A DNA stretch of 64,000 nt. Source: Cycas panzhihuaensis (Eukaryota; Plantae; Cycadophyta). The first letter of the stretch is position 1, and every line of letters begins with the position of its first letter. Of this stretch, positions 30,831-43,637 are shown one piece after another. Position numbers and translations under genes: made by a program. The notes beneath the pieces are model-generated. The model ran no database searches. It saw only the letters and a program-made list of their open reading frames with translations, and was not told where the DNA came from. The DNA lies in assembly GCA_023213395.1 (NCBI GenBank), contig CM041465.1, positions 59,775,741 through 59,839,740 on the forward strand, in the 5' to 3' direction.

Positions 30831-33800
30831 AATGTGACTTCTAAGTCATTTGCCATTAATGCAATGCTCCTTCTTTGGTTAAATAAAAAAATTTGTATCT
30901 CCAATAATAAAATTTATTTGAAGACATGAGATACTTAAATATCAACTTCTTGTAATTTGACCAAAGTAGGTCTAGACTTATCATCTATTCCAAGGCTAGG
31001 ATTCATCTTCCCAGGCTTTGGTTCATATGATGTGTTATGATCAAGAATTGATAAAATCATTCCCGCTGTGTCTATCATGCAACTTGCTTCAACTTTAAAC
31101 TCTAAATGATTTGATAGAAGTGAATTATTAGACATATCTACAATTTGCTTTTCAGTAATAATGCATTCAAATTCACTTTCAATTTCTTTTGCAATAATAA
31201 AATGAGGAATGCATGATGAATCTTCAATATCTTGAGTTACTTCATTACAATCACCAATGATTTCATTACATTTAGCATGTTCATCAATTGTCTTAATAAT
31301 CCATTTAGTAGATGCATATTCAACAATAATTTCTTTATCAAATTGACATTCATTTTCATTGTCTTCAATACAACATTCATCAATAGTATTTTCTTCATCC
31401 TTTCTTACTTCAGTTTCAAATTCTTTATTACTTGTTTCAGAAATCTCTTTAGAAGCCTTTTTAGATGCATCTTTCAAAATGTTTCAAGGTTCTTTAGCAA
31501 TACTAGGATGACGAACTACAAGAATAACAAAATGATGTGTAGAAAAAAGAGCATCTTTATTTAATGCAACAAGAATAACAACAATTACTGTACTATCATT
31601 CTTCTTAAACTTTTCTGTTTCTTCATTATCAGTAAGAACATTATATCCATTAGTAACAATTTTCCATAACATTTTGTACAAGAATATACTTTTCATTCTA
31701 ATTGCTCAACAAAAATAGTTTGTCTCTTTGTACTTAGGTAAGGGAAAGGGTAAGTCCTTTAAATAATACTCGTTCCTTTCATGTATAAATATGACTACAT
31801 CCTCCTCCTCCATGGTTGTAAGTATGAATTACTCAAAAATGCATACAATAACTTAATCAAATCGACAACTCTCAAAACTACATATAATCAGATAACATCA
31901 GACAATTTGTGATATGACCTCTTTTCACCTTCAGTCTCACAATTTTGAACTTACCTTTCCTTTTTCTGACAAGTTTCAATAAACTTGAAAGTAATTTGTG
32001 ATAATTGACTTTCCTGAAACAACCATACAACTAGGAGAACACATGAAACGGTAGTTTGAAAATAGTAATTGAACATAAATTCAATGCCATCTTCTAATTG
32101 CTATATTAGAGCAACATTAAGAGTCCTTACTATAGTTGGTACCTTCCTATTGTGTCTAAAACTAGTATCTATTTTGCATCGTTTCCTCAAAGTTCTTATT
32201 GTCACCTTATGTAAGCCTTCCTCCTATTGGAAATCATTCCCTACAAACATCTTTCACTTCATTAGCCATGATGCTATTGAATTTTGGTTGTCCATGAGTT
32301 GTTTGGGCAGATTGCAACTTCTCACATGCTACAAAAAAATGTTATTGTTCTAGGATGAGACCAGGCTATTCAAAATATATACAAAGATGCCACCATAGGA
32401 AAAAAACTTCTTCTAAATGGGCCACACCTCTCAAAGTCACAAAATTAATAAGGCTACTAATATGTGGATTTTTAGCTAATCATACCATAGGAAGAGTCAT
32501 CTTTGACTAATAAAAAAAGGAAAGACTTGATCTGTGCTCATCAAGGAGCACCTAATTTGAGGAAAAATATCATTCTAGATAGCAACTCATCAGAGACAGT
32601 ATAAAAAGGGCATATCCAAGCACCACAAACATTTTACTCTAGAGAAAAGAAGATCAAGATCTGAACTTAGAAACCAACTGGCACCAATCCACATTGAGAG
32701 AAAAAAAACCTAATAGAACAATCCCACTCTAGTTGCTACTATAGAAAATGCACTGCTCTGAAGCAAACAACGGATCGAAAAATACCATTTAATCTCTAGA
32801 CTTCTTGAATCTTCAATGGTTTGACACCCTAGTTGCTCTTTGAGTCATATCCTAGCTTTTGGTCCTTCGCCACTATTTGTGCATATACAATCTGTGGTCC
32901 TGCCCTATTTCATTGTCTTTTCATCAATCTCCAATGGCCTCTACTTGTGTCCCAAATCGAAAACCCCAACTAGGCTATTTTAGTCCCTCTTACACATCCC
33001 AAATGGGCGTTGTCCTATCTCCCAACACGTGTACTGTCTTTTAGAGAACAAGAATGAGTAGTGTTCTAAATTCACCAGAGTCTACAAACTAACTTCAATC
33101 TTCCATGTTCATACTCCCTGCGCTCGCATTTTCACATGATAATTACTTGCCCTTTTTTAGCGATCTCTATTCTATCTCTCTAAGCTAAGGGAATGAATTG
33201 CCCTTCCAACCTTTCATCATGAAACCCTGCAAATAAACCTCAGAAGTGAAACCCAAACGAAAACGAAATGCTAACAAGCCACGATTCTTCAAAATTTTAC
33301 AAATCGTTGTAGAAACTTGAATAGGGACATATATGCCACTGGCTGTGTTGATTCGAGGTCCAAACCAGTTGTCTCAGCCTTCAAAACCCTTTATCGCCTT
33401 GGAGATTCATCTTTTTGAAGCCATAGATTTGTTTTCACAAAGGCTTTAATACCGTGTTGGAAATCTTAATATCATACCATACACGAAATCATTGTGAACA
33501 CAAAATAGAAATGAGTCATTGAATATGATCTTCTACATTAAGGTGATTTACATGAGTATGTATTTATACTACTTGGTCACCTTTCAATCGACCAATTACA
33601 TGGCGTGACCATTACAACCACAACTATGGGTACATCTTAATAATATATTTTAATATTCTTGAATATGTTAAAGGTGACCCCTTTAACATATTCACCACTT
33701 TGTAATACTAATATTATCCTTAGACCATTTAACATTAGACCCCATAGACATTACTACTAAAACATTAAACATTATTTTTAACAATTTTATGGTTCATAAC

Positions 33801-36800
33801 AAACCCTCATTTGTCGCTCAATACTTTGTCCAATTTAATTTCTTCAAAATTTTATCCATAAAATTTATGTCAATAGTATAAAAAGTAAAAATCAAACTTG
33901 AGAATCATGAGGCATTACGGTAGTGAATCCCCACTAAGCTACTCACATTAGACTACATAAATACACATGCATCACAATATCTACAATACATCCATATACA
34001 ATAATCTACTTTCCATTCACTTCATGTGTTAATGGGCTTTCATACATGAATTCAATCAACAATATCTTCCCCTATCATCAACCTTAGTAAACTCATTAAA
34101 TGCCTACATATTCATAAAAGATGCATGCTACATGCATAAATAACATACATAAAAATCAATCATTAATAAATCACACAATTGATTTGACATTCAATTATTG
34201 TTGGTCAATATGCCCTTGTATGCAATGACTTCTCGTCATAATGGTTCTTAGCTCATCAAATCAACTTCATACTAACTCCTAATACTATGGTTCATACAAG
34301 CTCTCACCATGCATGCATGGATAATCCTCGGATAGAGAAAATTGTCACCACATGCATGTGGTCTTCAACCTTTGTCCTATCAACCTACTTCTTGCTTCTA
34401 TTGGACAACTCTAATTTAATGTCTCACTAGGATCTTCTTTTATCTATTTTCTGAGGTTTTGACCTTCACTTCCTTTACATTACACCTCGACCATAATATC
34501 ATATTAAAATTTATTGTACAAAATAATATATTAAAACGGATAAATATATGAAACATTCATGAATATGAAATTGTAATGAATAATAATGAAGTATAAATAT
34601 TTATAAAATATTTATTATTATAAGTATTCAAACATAATTAATGAAATATGTACATATCAATATAACATAACACTCACAATACAAAAATCATATGAGACAA
34701 TAAATTTATATGTGAAAAATCTGAGATAGAAAAAAGCACAAGAGAAGGGTGAAGCATAGTTCTACATAATTTCTCAATTATTCAAATGGTGTATGTATAT
34801 ATTTATAAATTCTTCACCTTATATATCAATCAATCACGTCATGTTGATATATAAACCAAATACATATATAAGAAATCTTTTACGTTGACTAATGATTACT
34901 TGATTCACAAATTAAACATTACATCAATATTCGTAAAACTAAATATTCTAACACTCCAACAAAGAGAAGATTCAGAAATGAACCACTAAATAAATTTACA
35001 CTAATTAATAAAATAACAAGAGTCTTGTGTAAGATATCTTAATAGTTAATCATACATAACCCCTCTCATTGGACTACTTTTGAAATATCCTTAGATGAAA
35101 TCCCCTTTATATTAAGAAAAAATACATGTTTAAAAATTGTTCTCCCTCCTATGTAATATATTATGTCCTCCCAAGATATTCATCTGTATCATGAGGGCAT
35201 CACTCCTATGCATTCCTCTTGACCTTTGCAATATGTGCGAAGGACCTTTATATACTCCCCAAACATACCATCAAACAACCCACCTCTATTTATTAAACCA
35301 ATTACTCAAATCAATTACCAATAAGTACTCCAATATAAACCTAGTGATGTAATTAAAAATCATTTTTCCTGCTTATGTGGAAGGGTCATATACTGTCACC
35401 TACTATTTACGTAACTTGTCATACTTTTGATGTCAAAGTCATTTATCTAATCTAAACATGCAGGCACCCATGTAAATTCCAAATCAAGACCAAAGTTCTA
35501 GAGTTATTTTGATTGATGACAACTTGCTTTCACCTTGCATGTTGTCTACTAATTCAATCATCAACTCAATCCTAGCACTCTAATTCATTTTTAGTATACA
35601 TTAACTTATTTTAGCCTCACAATTGAGTCATATCAAAGTTCAAATAGCAAATTAGTGCTTCTTCACATCTCCAAGATATCAAATTTTGCACATGTTCAGC
35701 ATTACTAGGATATGTTGCCAATCTTAATGCCCAAAGAGTTTTTTGTTAAGTTATTTTTTAGTACCTACAAATTCCAAATACCAAACAATCATATTTGATA
35801 TTAATTATGGCACATGGACATATGCATTTATGTGATTTTAGGCAACTATTTAGCCTTCTTAATACATTTGTCATACTACACCACCTTTATGTCGTATACT
35901 ACTAGACACACATTCTGTTTACATGACCAAGGGTCAATACTTAGTTATCTTGGCTAGTACCCAACTACCTAACCTATTCCCATCTAATATATAAATTATG
36001 TAAAATTTTAAGAGAAATGAGAGGCTTGAATGGACTTCTTAGACCAAAAGAATTTGGGGTGGATATTGTTTTGCAAATAATTTTTTCATTAGGATGGACA
36101 ATACTACTATATTAAATGAGTGAACATTCTATGTTAAAATTGTGAATGTTCTAAAGGCAATCCATTAGAGAGCACACCACCTATACAACTACACCATGGG
36201 CAAACTATGCTTTAAAGGATGCAAGTAGAGTGTGATGACAACTGCAATAGTGCACAATATTCTATTCCATTTTGTTCATTCTATTCCCCTCCCAAATTGT
36301 AAGCAAACATTCTTCATAAATCATTTCTAAATACTACAAGGTTGCATTTAGTTTTTATGTTGTTGACTACTTTGAATAAGAATAGAATTCTCAACCAAAC
36401 AATATCACATTTAAAAGCTAAATTAAATTAGATCATAAGAGAAGACTAAAACAAGAATCTCAGACATTCACACCCACCACCTTTCAATGTACAATTTCAA
36501 TGGAAATACAACACTCATAAGTGAGTAGGTTGTATTAAGAAGGGGGAAAAAAAGAAAAAAGATGACCTATCAACTATAGATAAATAACACGGATGTCTAC
36601 CAATATCAAAGAGAGAACATCCCATAAATAACCACAATGGTCATCTGCAAAGGCAACAATCATGCAAAATACTCAAGTGGCTTTGGATTCACATCTTCCA
36701 TTTTTCCTTTTTTGGTATGCTTCATCATGAAACTAATGAGCCTCTCCCTATTCAATGGTATGTACAGTATCACAGTTGCTTTGATTTCTAATCCATGTCT

Positions 36801-39800
36801 GCCTAAAGGCAACATTTATACACACCATAATCCCCAACAAAAGGACTAGCCAAACCTAATAGGATAACCCATATAATTGCACATCCAAATTTTGTTTCGT
36901 GTTAGCTTCTGACTCATACATGTCATGCTCTCTACCATATACGAAAGATTTCCCATCATTTTGCTTATAACATTTGCCTCTACAAGTGTCTTCTTATTTT
37001 CTATTACTAAAAGTAATGGCATATTCACCTACTTCTAAGCATATGCCTCACATAACCAATAGATGTTAAGACTACTGCCACATCTTCCTCAGTTTGTAAA
37101 TATCAACCTCTAATATAGTTATCAAACACCCATGTTGCAACATTTGATGCGCACTCCAATGCTTCAACTCATCCCACACCCTGCATACTTTCAACTTGAA
37201 GAACTCGTCAAAACACCATGCCTATGGTAGCTTGGCTCTTATGCTGATCACTAGCTCCTTATATATGGTTGAGATCTCTCGTATGATTGTCTAAGAATGC
37301 ATGTAAAACATGCATGAATACAAAGTTGCAACAATAAGAAACAAAAATAAAAATAAAGCACAAAATAAAACCAATTTATATTGAAGTCTCTAATATTCCC
37401 AAGGTTTGAAGAGAGTTTTAAATTTCTTCCTCCCTTCCAAGTGACCCATATGTTTGATATTCAAAATAAATGATTTCCTCACTGAATGAAACTTTCAATG
37501 TTAATTTCATATTTATGACATTAAGTGAATTAGGTAGAGAGATTTGAGGATTAATATCTTGTAATTGTTTATAGATCTTATTAAAATACTATTTGGGATT
37601 AAAAAATTGTGCTTTACAAATGCAATAAATGTTATATTTTCTTTACATGAATTAACATTCTCATTCCTGTTTATCTTTCTTATTTTTTATTAAATTATTT
37701 GCCGCAAAACATATGAGCATAAAGATACCTTATATGCCAAATACATGAGAGCAATTCAACTAGTTACTTAAGCAACCTTAAATGTGGTTTTATATCAAAT
37801 ACAAGTGTCCCCGTGAAATAATGAAACATTATGAAAGACAAATTTCAATCAATAAAACAAAATTCATCATTCTAAAGTATCCATTTCAAATTTAATTTGT
37901 TTTATATACAACTTAAACACATTCCGAAATTAAAGCTTTGGAAAAAAAAAGCGTAAATATTCAAGACACGACAAACATCATATATTCACAAAGCAAGCAA
38001 CGCCAAGGCTTCAGCAAAATGAAAGCAACTGAGGAACTATGGAACAAAGTAGGAAAAAGCACGGGTTCAAATAAATGATGAAATCACAATGTCCTAGATA
38101 CCCTCGCCTTTCAGCCCTTTCAAGTTTCTAGAAAGGATAAATAAAACAATCCCTTTTCATTTCCATGCTTCAACAAACAAGAATAAATGGTTTTCTTTTC
38201 CTTTTGATTCTTTATTACGAGTTGTGTCTGCAACACTTGAATGAAACCACACCCCCAGATACACATTTGACATGGACAAGACTTGAAACCACAATTTTGA
38301 CACATTCAAATACACTCCAGGCACACCCTAGCTATAAAGCCACAATTTAGACAACTTGTAAATATGCTAATGAAAACTTCTAAAATGTTGGTCAAGTCAA
38401 CTGTCAACTTCTTTTCCCTTGACATACAAGGATCAAAAGCAGTGAGGCTGCGACACTTTCTTCACCCGCAAACAGGCATGATTCTCCAAAACTGTCTTGA
38501 CAAATGTGACTTAAAGCTTGACAGCGGAACTCACCATTGAGTTGTTTTGTATCAAGACTAGTAAAAACTTACAGACAGCTTTCAACAGACATACACGGTA
38601 AGATTAATCACAAATATTGTGTCAAACGTTACCCTGAAATGGAATTGAACTCATCTTGTGACAACAGGTCCTTATTCCACTAAACTACCTACCTTTGGAT
38701 TTATGCTGTGTAGTCAAGATCTAATTTCATGAACAATTTAATAAATATTATAAACTACTGCACTTTCACATTGGAAGTAAATATAGTTTGATTGACCGTG
38801 TGTGCCAACTGCCAAGAGGCTGGGCAAGAAATCAAGAACTACCTTGGCATACTAGTTATTAGTTATCCAATTCCAGTATCTACAAATGTATCCAAGATGT
38901 ATAGTGCCAGTTACACAAACAGCTCAATTAATCAACTTACAGCCAAAAATATCCTGCCCCATAGTTCACTACATGGTCAACTTCATTAAATAGAATATTG
39001 GGAGGCAACCTATTATCATAGATTAATAATCACTTCTTAACATCACTGTCTTAACAGTTTTCCCCCTTTCTGCAAGTAGAATTTGTTTAGGAGACCGCAA
39101 TATCCAAGTGCCTTGTTGAAGTGGTATGCTCAGAAACAAAAAAAAAAATTAGGAAGAAATTTGTTGATTTTTGCTTTCCACGCCATACACAGGAAAATAC
39201 CAAACATGGAATCAATCATAAATTAGAAAGGAAGATCCCTGACTTAAAGAATCTGGCCAGTATGCATAGTTATAATAGGATAAAGAAGCTACCATCCATA
39301 CATACTTCCATGTTAAACCAAATTTCTGTAATACATTCATCTTCCATGTTGATGACATAACCACATTAAAATTCATTATATTTTTAGTTATGTTCAGTTC
39401 ATTGAACCATTCAACCTATAAAAATTATCATGCGACACTATCTCCTAAGCTCACAAAAGGGTTTTTATTTGGACCAGGTTCAGCATAACTACTCAACTCA
39501 CTCCAGTTAACACATTCTAGCATGGAACCACCTTACACCAAAAATACAGGTGATTGTCAACCATGGCCACCTCTACTAGATTAGATTTAAATTGTTGCCA
39601 GAAAACAATTGTGACAGCTATGGTCACTCATTTGATCTTCTGCTTCCATATTGCTTCCACGATGGGAATGCTATGGAGGCAGTGGCACATATTTACAGAA
39701 AAATGATCCCAAGGAGGAAATCTTAAGAGATAAAGCAATGTACCTGAAGCCTTGTTTTAAAACAGACTGTTCAACGAACTTAAACATGCAAGACAAAACA

Positions 39801-40737
39801 TTTGAATTTAAAACCTATCCATAACATCAACACACCTCCCATATTCCTGATCGCAACTCGAGAGGCTATCCCTCACTTTGCCAGTGCCTCTGGAAAACAG
39901 ACACAGCTAGCCGGAAAAAAAGAGGTCATATCCTGATGTTACCATAGGAATTTGCACTGCCAAGTTTCATAACAGAATATAAAATAGCATATAACACAAA
40001 AGGTCTATTTCCATAACTTTTATCAATTTATCCAATAGCTTTCAGTTCCCACCGAACAAGGTAGGCTTCAAGAGGAATTGTAGATATTTGTAACATTGTG
40101 TCATTTTTCAATTTATCCGTAAGCTTTACTCAGCTCTTCAAGACACTGCTAAAAGCAACTGCATTCCTTTTTCTTGCCTTTTGCATGGATTCTTTTAATC
40201 ATTGCATGTCAAGAAAAACAAGGCTTTGCAACCATAACATTTTGGCAGCAGTGGGAGCCTAACCAAATATATTCCTGTTTACAGAAAAACACGAACTCAA
40301 CCACACATTCGGATGTAGTACTCAGACTTGATGTATGTAAATTGCCAACCAAAGAACCCTGGTTTCTTCTGGGAAAGAACATTGTTGCCAAGAACCACTC
40401 TTATTTACTGAGATTAGATACAAACTCACACGTGCCTAATTTTAATACATCTGAGGAGTTTCCCCCATATGACACATCAATCATAAAACAGGGATTGCAT
40501 TGCTGTTTACCACCGAGAGAAGAGCAGCAAATGTGTTCCCTGCTTTAAAAAAAAAAGTTCAAAAAAAAAAAAGAAAAAAAAATGATAACCTTTAGCTGTA
40601 AGTTGGACCAAATCTAACCAGAGAATCTTGATGTAAGGCATAAACTTATAAAAATGGAAATTTGACTGCCTCAATGTGCGCCGGTGGGAAACTAAGACAA
40701 CATCAACCTCCTCCATGCTGCTAGTAAGCACAGAAAT

Positions 40738-40954
40738 TTATGCCACTTTTACTCCACTTGGGCGTTTTCCTTCCATAGCATCCTTCTTAAGTCGACAATC
40801 TACACAAAGAAAAGGACCTTCCCAAGGCCTGGTACTGGTTGAGAAGAAAGAACCAGTATGAACAGAGATCCCTTCACTTGGTGCTAGGTCTGCCTGGCAA
40901 ACAGCACATGTGAATAATCCTGACGTTGCCCGTACAGATGCCTTTGATCCTAAC
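40738..40954 (-). CDS. Terminal coding exon of a host gene; C-terminal CxxC...CxxC putative zinc-binding motif
   Basis: Acceptor ctgcag|g at 40955; 217-nt open exon encoding LGSKASVRATSGLFTCAVCQADLAPSEGISVHTGSFFSTSTRPWEGPFLCVDCRLKKDAMEGKRPSGVKVA*; no decay; lies in a TE-poor, GC-richer island. Confidence 0.85.
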
Positions 40955-41344
40955 CTGCAGTTGCTTGTTCAATTAGCTATCCAGTCATAGCAAATCCTCA
41001 CATGGCACAATAACAACCACCCAATCTATAACTAAGATCATGATCTTATATTAGGATCCCTCTAAATTGTGGAAACATAAATTGAGTAAACAGGTTTTGA
41101 TCTCTCATCCAAGACACATTGAACACCACCATGAAGGGAAAATGTATTAATCAATTCTCTTATATCATAGCCAAATGGAATCAATGGAAACAGTCAGGCA
41201 TCACTTAACAAAGTTTCTATTGTTATCCAAACTAAAATTTATGGGGGTCAATAATGAGTCAGGAATCTCATCACAATATCTTTACACATATTGGGAAGGA
41301 CTGCAGAAAACAGTTAGAGGCATGAAATTGTGTGGATAAGGCTG

Positions 41345-41680
41345 GATTAATCTAGTTTAACAGACCAACAACTAACAGTGCCCAACTGACCATGAGAATG
41401 TTTGCTTGAGATTGTCCTCAACCTAAATAAATACTTGCCTGCAAACGCTGTTTGTTAATTTCAAATTTTAACTAGCAACTAAATCCAGAGTACTTGCAAT
41501 ACCTTGCCAGATAGTAAGCCAGATTAATCTAGTTTTTAAAACAAACAATTTATACTGCCTGATTTACCATAAGAGTTCTGACTTTAGATTCTCCTCAACC
41601 TAAATAGATACTTCCATGCAAATGCTGTTTGTTACTGTTACATTTTAATTAGCAATTAAATGCCAAGTTCTTGCAATACA
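41345..41680. repeat. Old diverged tandem duplication (period ~177 bp) in the intron
   Basis: gattaatctagttt...tcctcaacctaaata..tactt...gcaaa.gctgtttgtta...ttgcaatac occurs twice. Confidence 0.85.
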
Positions 41681-43637
41681 GCGCAAAATACTAGGCAATA
41701 ATGGAGTTCACAGATAGAGAACAATGATAAAAGGCAGAAGCTCAATAACATCAGTGAACGGTAATATATTGCTTGTCAAAGTCTACAGAATGTTACAAGA
41801 TTAAGAAACAAAATTAATGTTGAGGCATTAGAAAAATACAAATATTTAGCAGAGACACCCTTTGGAGACATTATGTCAATTGGTTTGTAAAAGCGGCAAT
41901 CAAAATGTTGAGAGTTAAGATATCACAACATGTTGATACAATCCAGATCACCTGCATATTCATTTTTTTTCACAGCCTACCTCACAAAGAACAATCACCT
42001 CTTTCTTCCAACAGATAACCCCGATCTGCGAGAAGCAAGCATCCCTTGTGTTTGCTTAGAAATCAGTGTACAGAGACAGTGCCCTCTGACATGGATGCAG
42101 AGCACTAAGGGGACCAGCCCTAGGGGAAGGGGACCCTCTCAGAGACTATGCAGAGAATCCCCATCACAAGATTTTATCCACCACAGGACAGGACATTAAG
42201 AATAAGCCCAACCTGGAGGTCCTTAAGATCGTTGATGAGGGATACTGGGCAGCTTAGAAGCCCTGCTCTACCTAGATCCTGTGGTTGCATCATTTTTCTC
42301 ACCTTTCAGCTGAACAGTCATTATCACGGAGAGGAGTTTTGCTGGACTAACACTCTTTTCAGTGAATACAGTTGTTTTTGTTTCTAATGTACATATATTG
42401 TACACCAATATTTCCCTCATAAACAGAATGCACTACACTAATTAGACTTTGATGCTGGGAAGGCACTAGGCACCCCTACTTTATGTTTGATTTGTGATGT
42501 ACACACTACCCCTTTCACCACTTTAAGTCTTGAGTGGCCATTAATAAAATTTCTATTTGTACTTCATACCTCCCTCCTAAGAACCCTTTGAAATATTGTT
42601 TCTTTACTCTTTTTATTGCAATTTAAAGTTTTGTGCACACATCAAAAGCGTGATGGCCATATTTCGAAGTTCCTATTTTAATCCCCAGTTAGTTGTATTT
42701 TAGAGGGTGCATTGGCTGCTGCTATTTAATTTTAGCCAAAGGGTATATCATATACCAGTTATGATGGACCCTCGAATGATTTTTCAGCATACAGGAGGAT
42801 AAGGTGGGGGTACTTTTGACGATTGAAGATGCAACTATGGCAAATAAATGAAGGCTAAATTCCCAAATCAAGAAGGAAATGACAAGATAGGGCCTAGAAT
42901 TAGAAAGAGGGAAGCCATGCAATAAGTACACTTCGTGTGCGAGCTATTTCTGGCCATTCTCACATCCCCTACATTTAGTGGTTTCTTAGAGTACGTTAAG
43001 ATATCTGTGTTGCTTGGCTCGGCTCTATGTGTGCAGAGAAATTGACTCCAGAACGCTTGGGAATAATCAAGGACATTTCCAGAAATGGTCTTCACAGGAT
43101 TCAGTGCAAAGTTGGTGAAAATCTAGTATGGCAGAGTTTTGGAACAGTTGGGACAGTTGCAGGTCAGAAAACAAGCTCTTGGAGAATGGTTCTGTTCATA
43201 CAATGAAACAGTTCTAAAACGGTGAATGCTTTATAGGGGATGGTTATGTGCCAAATTTTCTAGATAGAGATTATACAGCTGTACGAACATTCAAAAATAC
43301 ATCTTATTATCATTAATTAAGGTTTTGCATTGTCAAAGGTCAAAAGCTATGTTGTAAAGTTGCATCCTTTCAGGTTACAGGGTATAAATAGGCCACTGCT
43401 CCTGTTGGTTCAACGGTGAAAGCCAAGTAATTGAGTTGTATATCATACTCTCTAGGGTAAGAGCCAAACAAACCATTTGATGTAATACTCTAGAAAGTGT
43501 ATTCACTGTTGATTGATGAAATAACATGATGAGTTGTAATTGTTGGTTTTGCATTATGAAAGGTCAAAAGTTATGTTGTAAAGTTGCACCCTTCCGGATT
43601 ATTGGCTATGTCAAAAGGTATAAATAGGCCACTCCTC

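Larger units (their letters stand above)
29996..31813 (-). pseudogene. Gag N-terminus plus acidic and mosaic extension of element F
   Basis: MEEEDVVIFIHERNEYYLKDLPFPLPKYKETNYFC*AIRMKSIFLYKMLWKIVTNG; ORFs 30935-31477, 30404-30904 and 30095-30367 share one frame. Confidence 0.8.
29505..33783 (-). mobile_element. Gag-only cargo-carrying LTR element F: LTRs 29505-29835 and 33455-33783
   Basis: Paired ~330-bp LTRs; decayed iMet PBS (ggctttaataccg on +); PPT at 29836; TSD atttc/atttt. Confidence 0.93.
26430..34953 (-). mobile_element. Non-autonomous LTR element E: partial 3' LTR ~26430-26690, 5' LTR ~34502-34953, ~3.5 kb internal region without recognisable pol; hosts element F
   Basis: 26510-26684 matches 34780-34950; PPT aaggggaag at ~26695-26703; the left LTR is truncated and contains ~42-bp sub-repeats (ttcttcaccttatgtatcaa). 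Confidence 0.7.

Noticed and set aside
36850-37300. Possible plant-mobile-domain or transposase remnant on the minus strand
   Set aside because: Coding-like composition but no motif I could identify with confidence.
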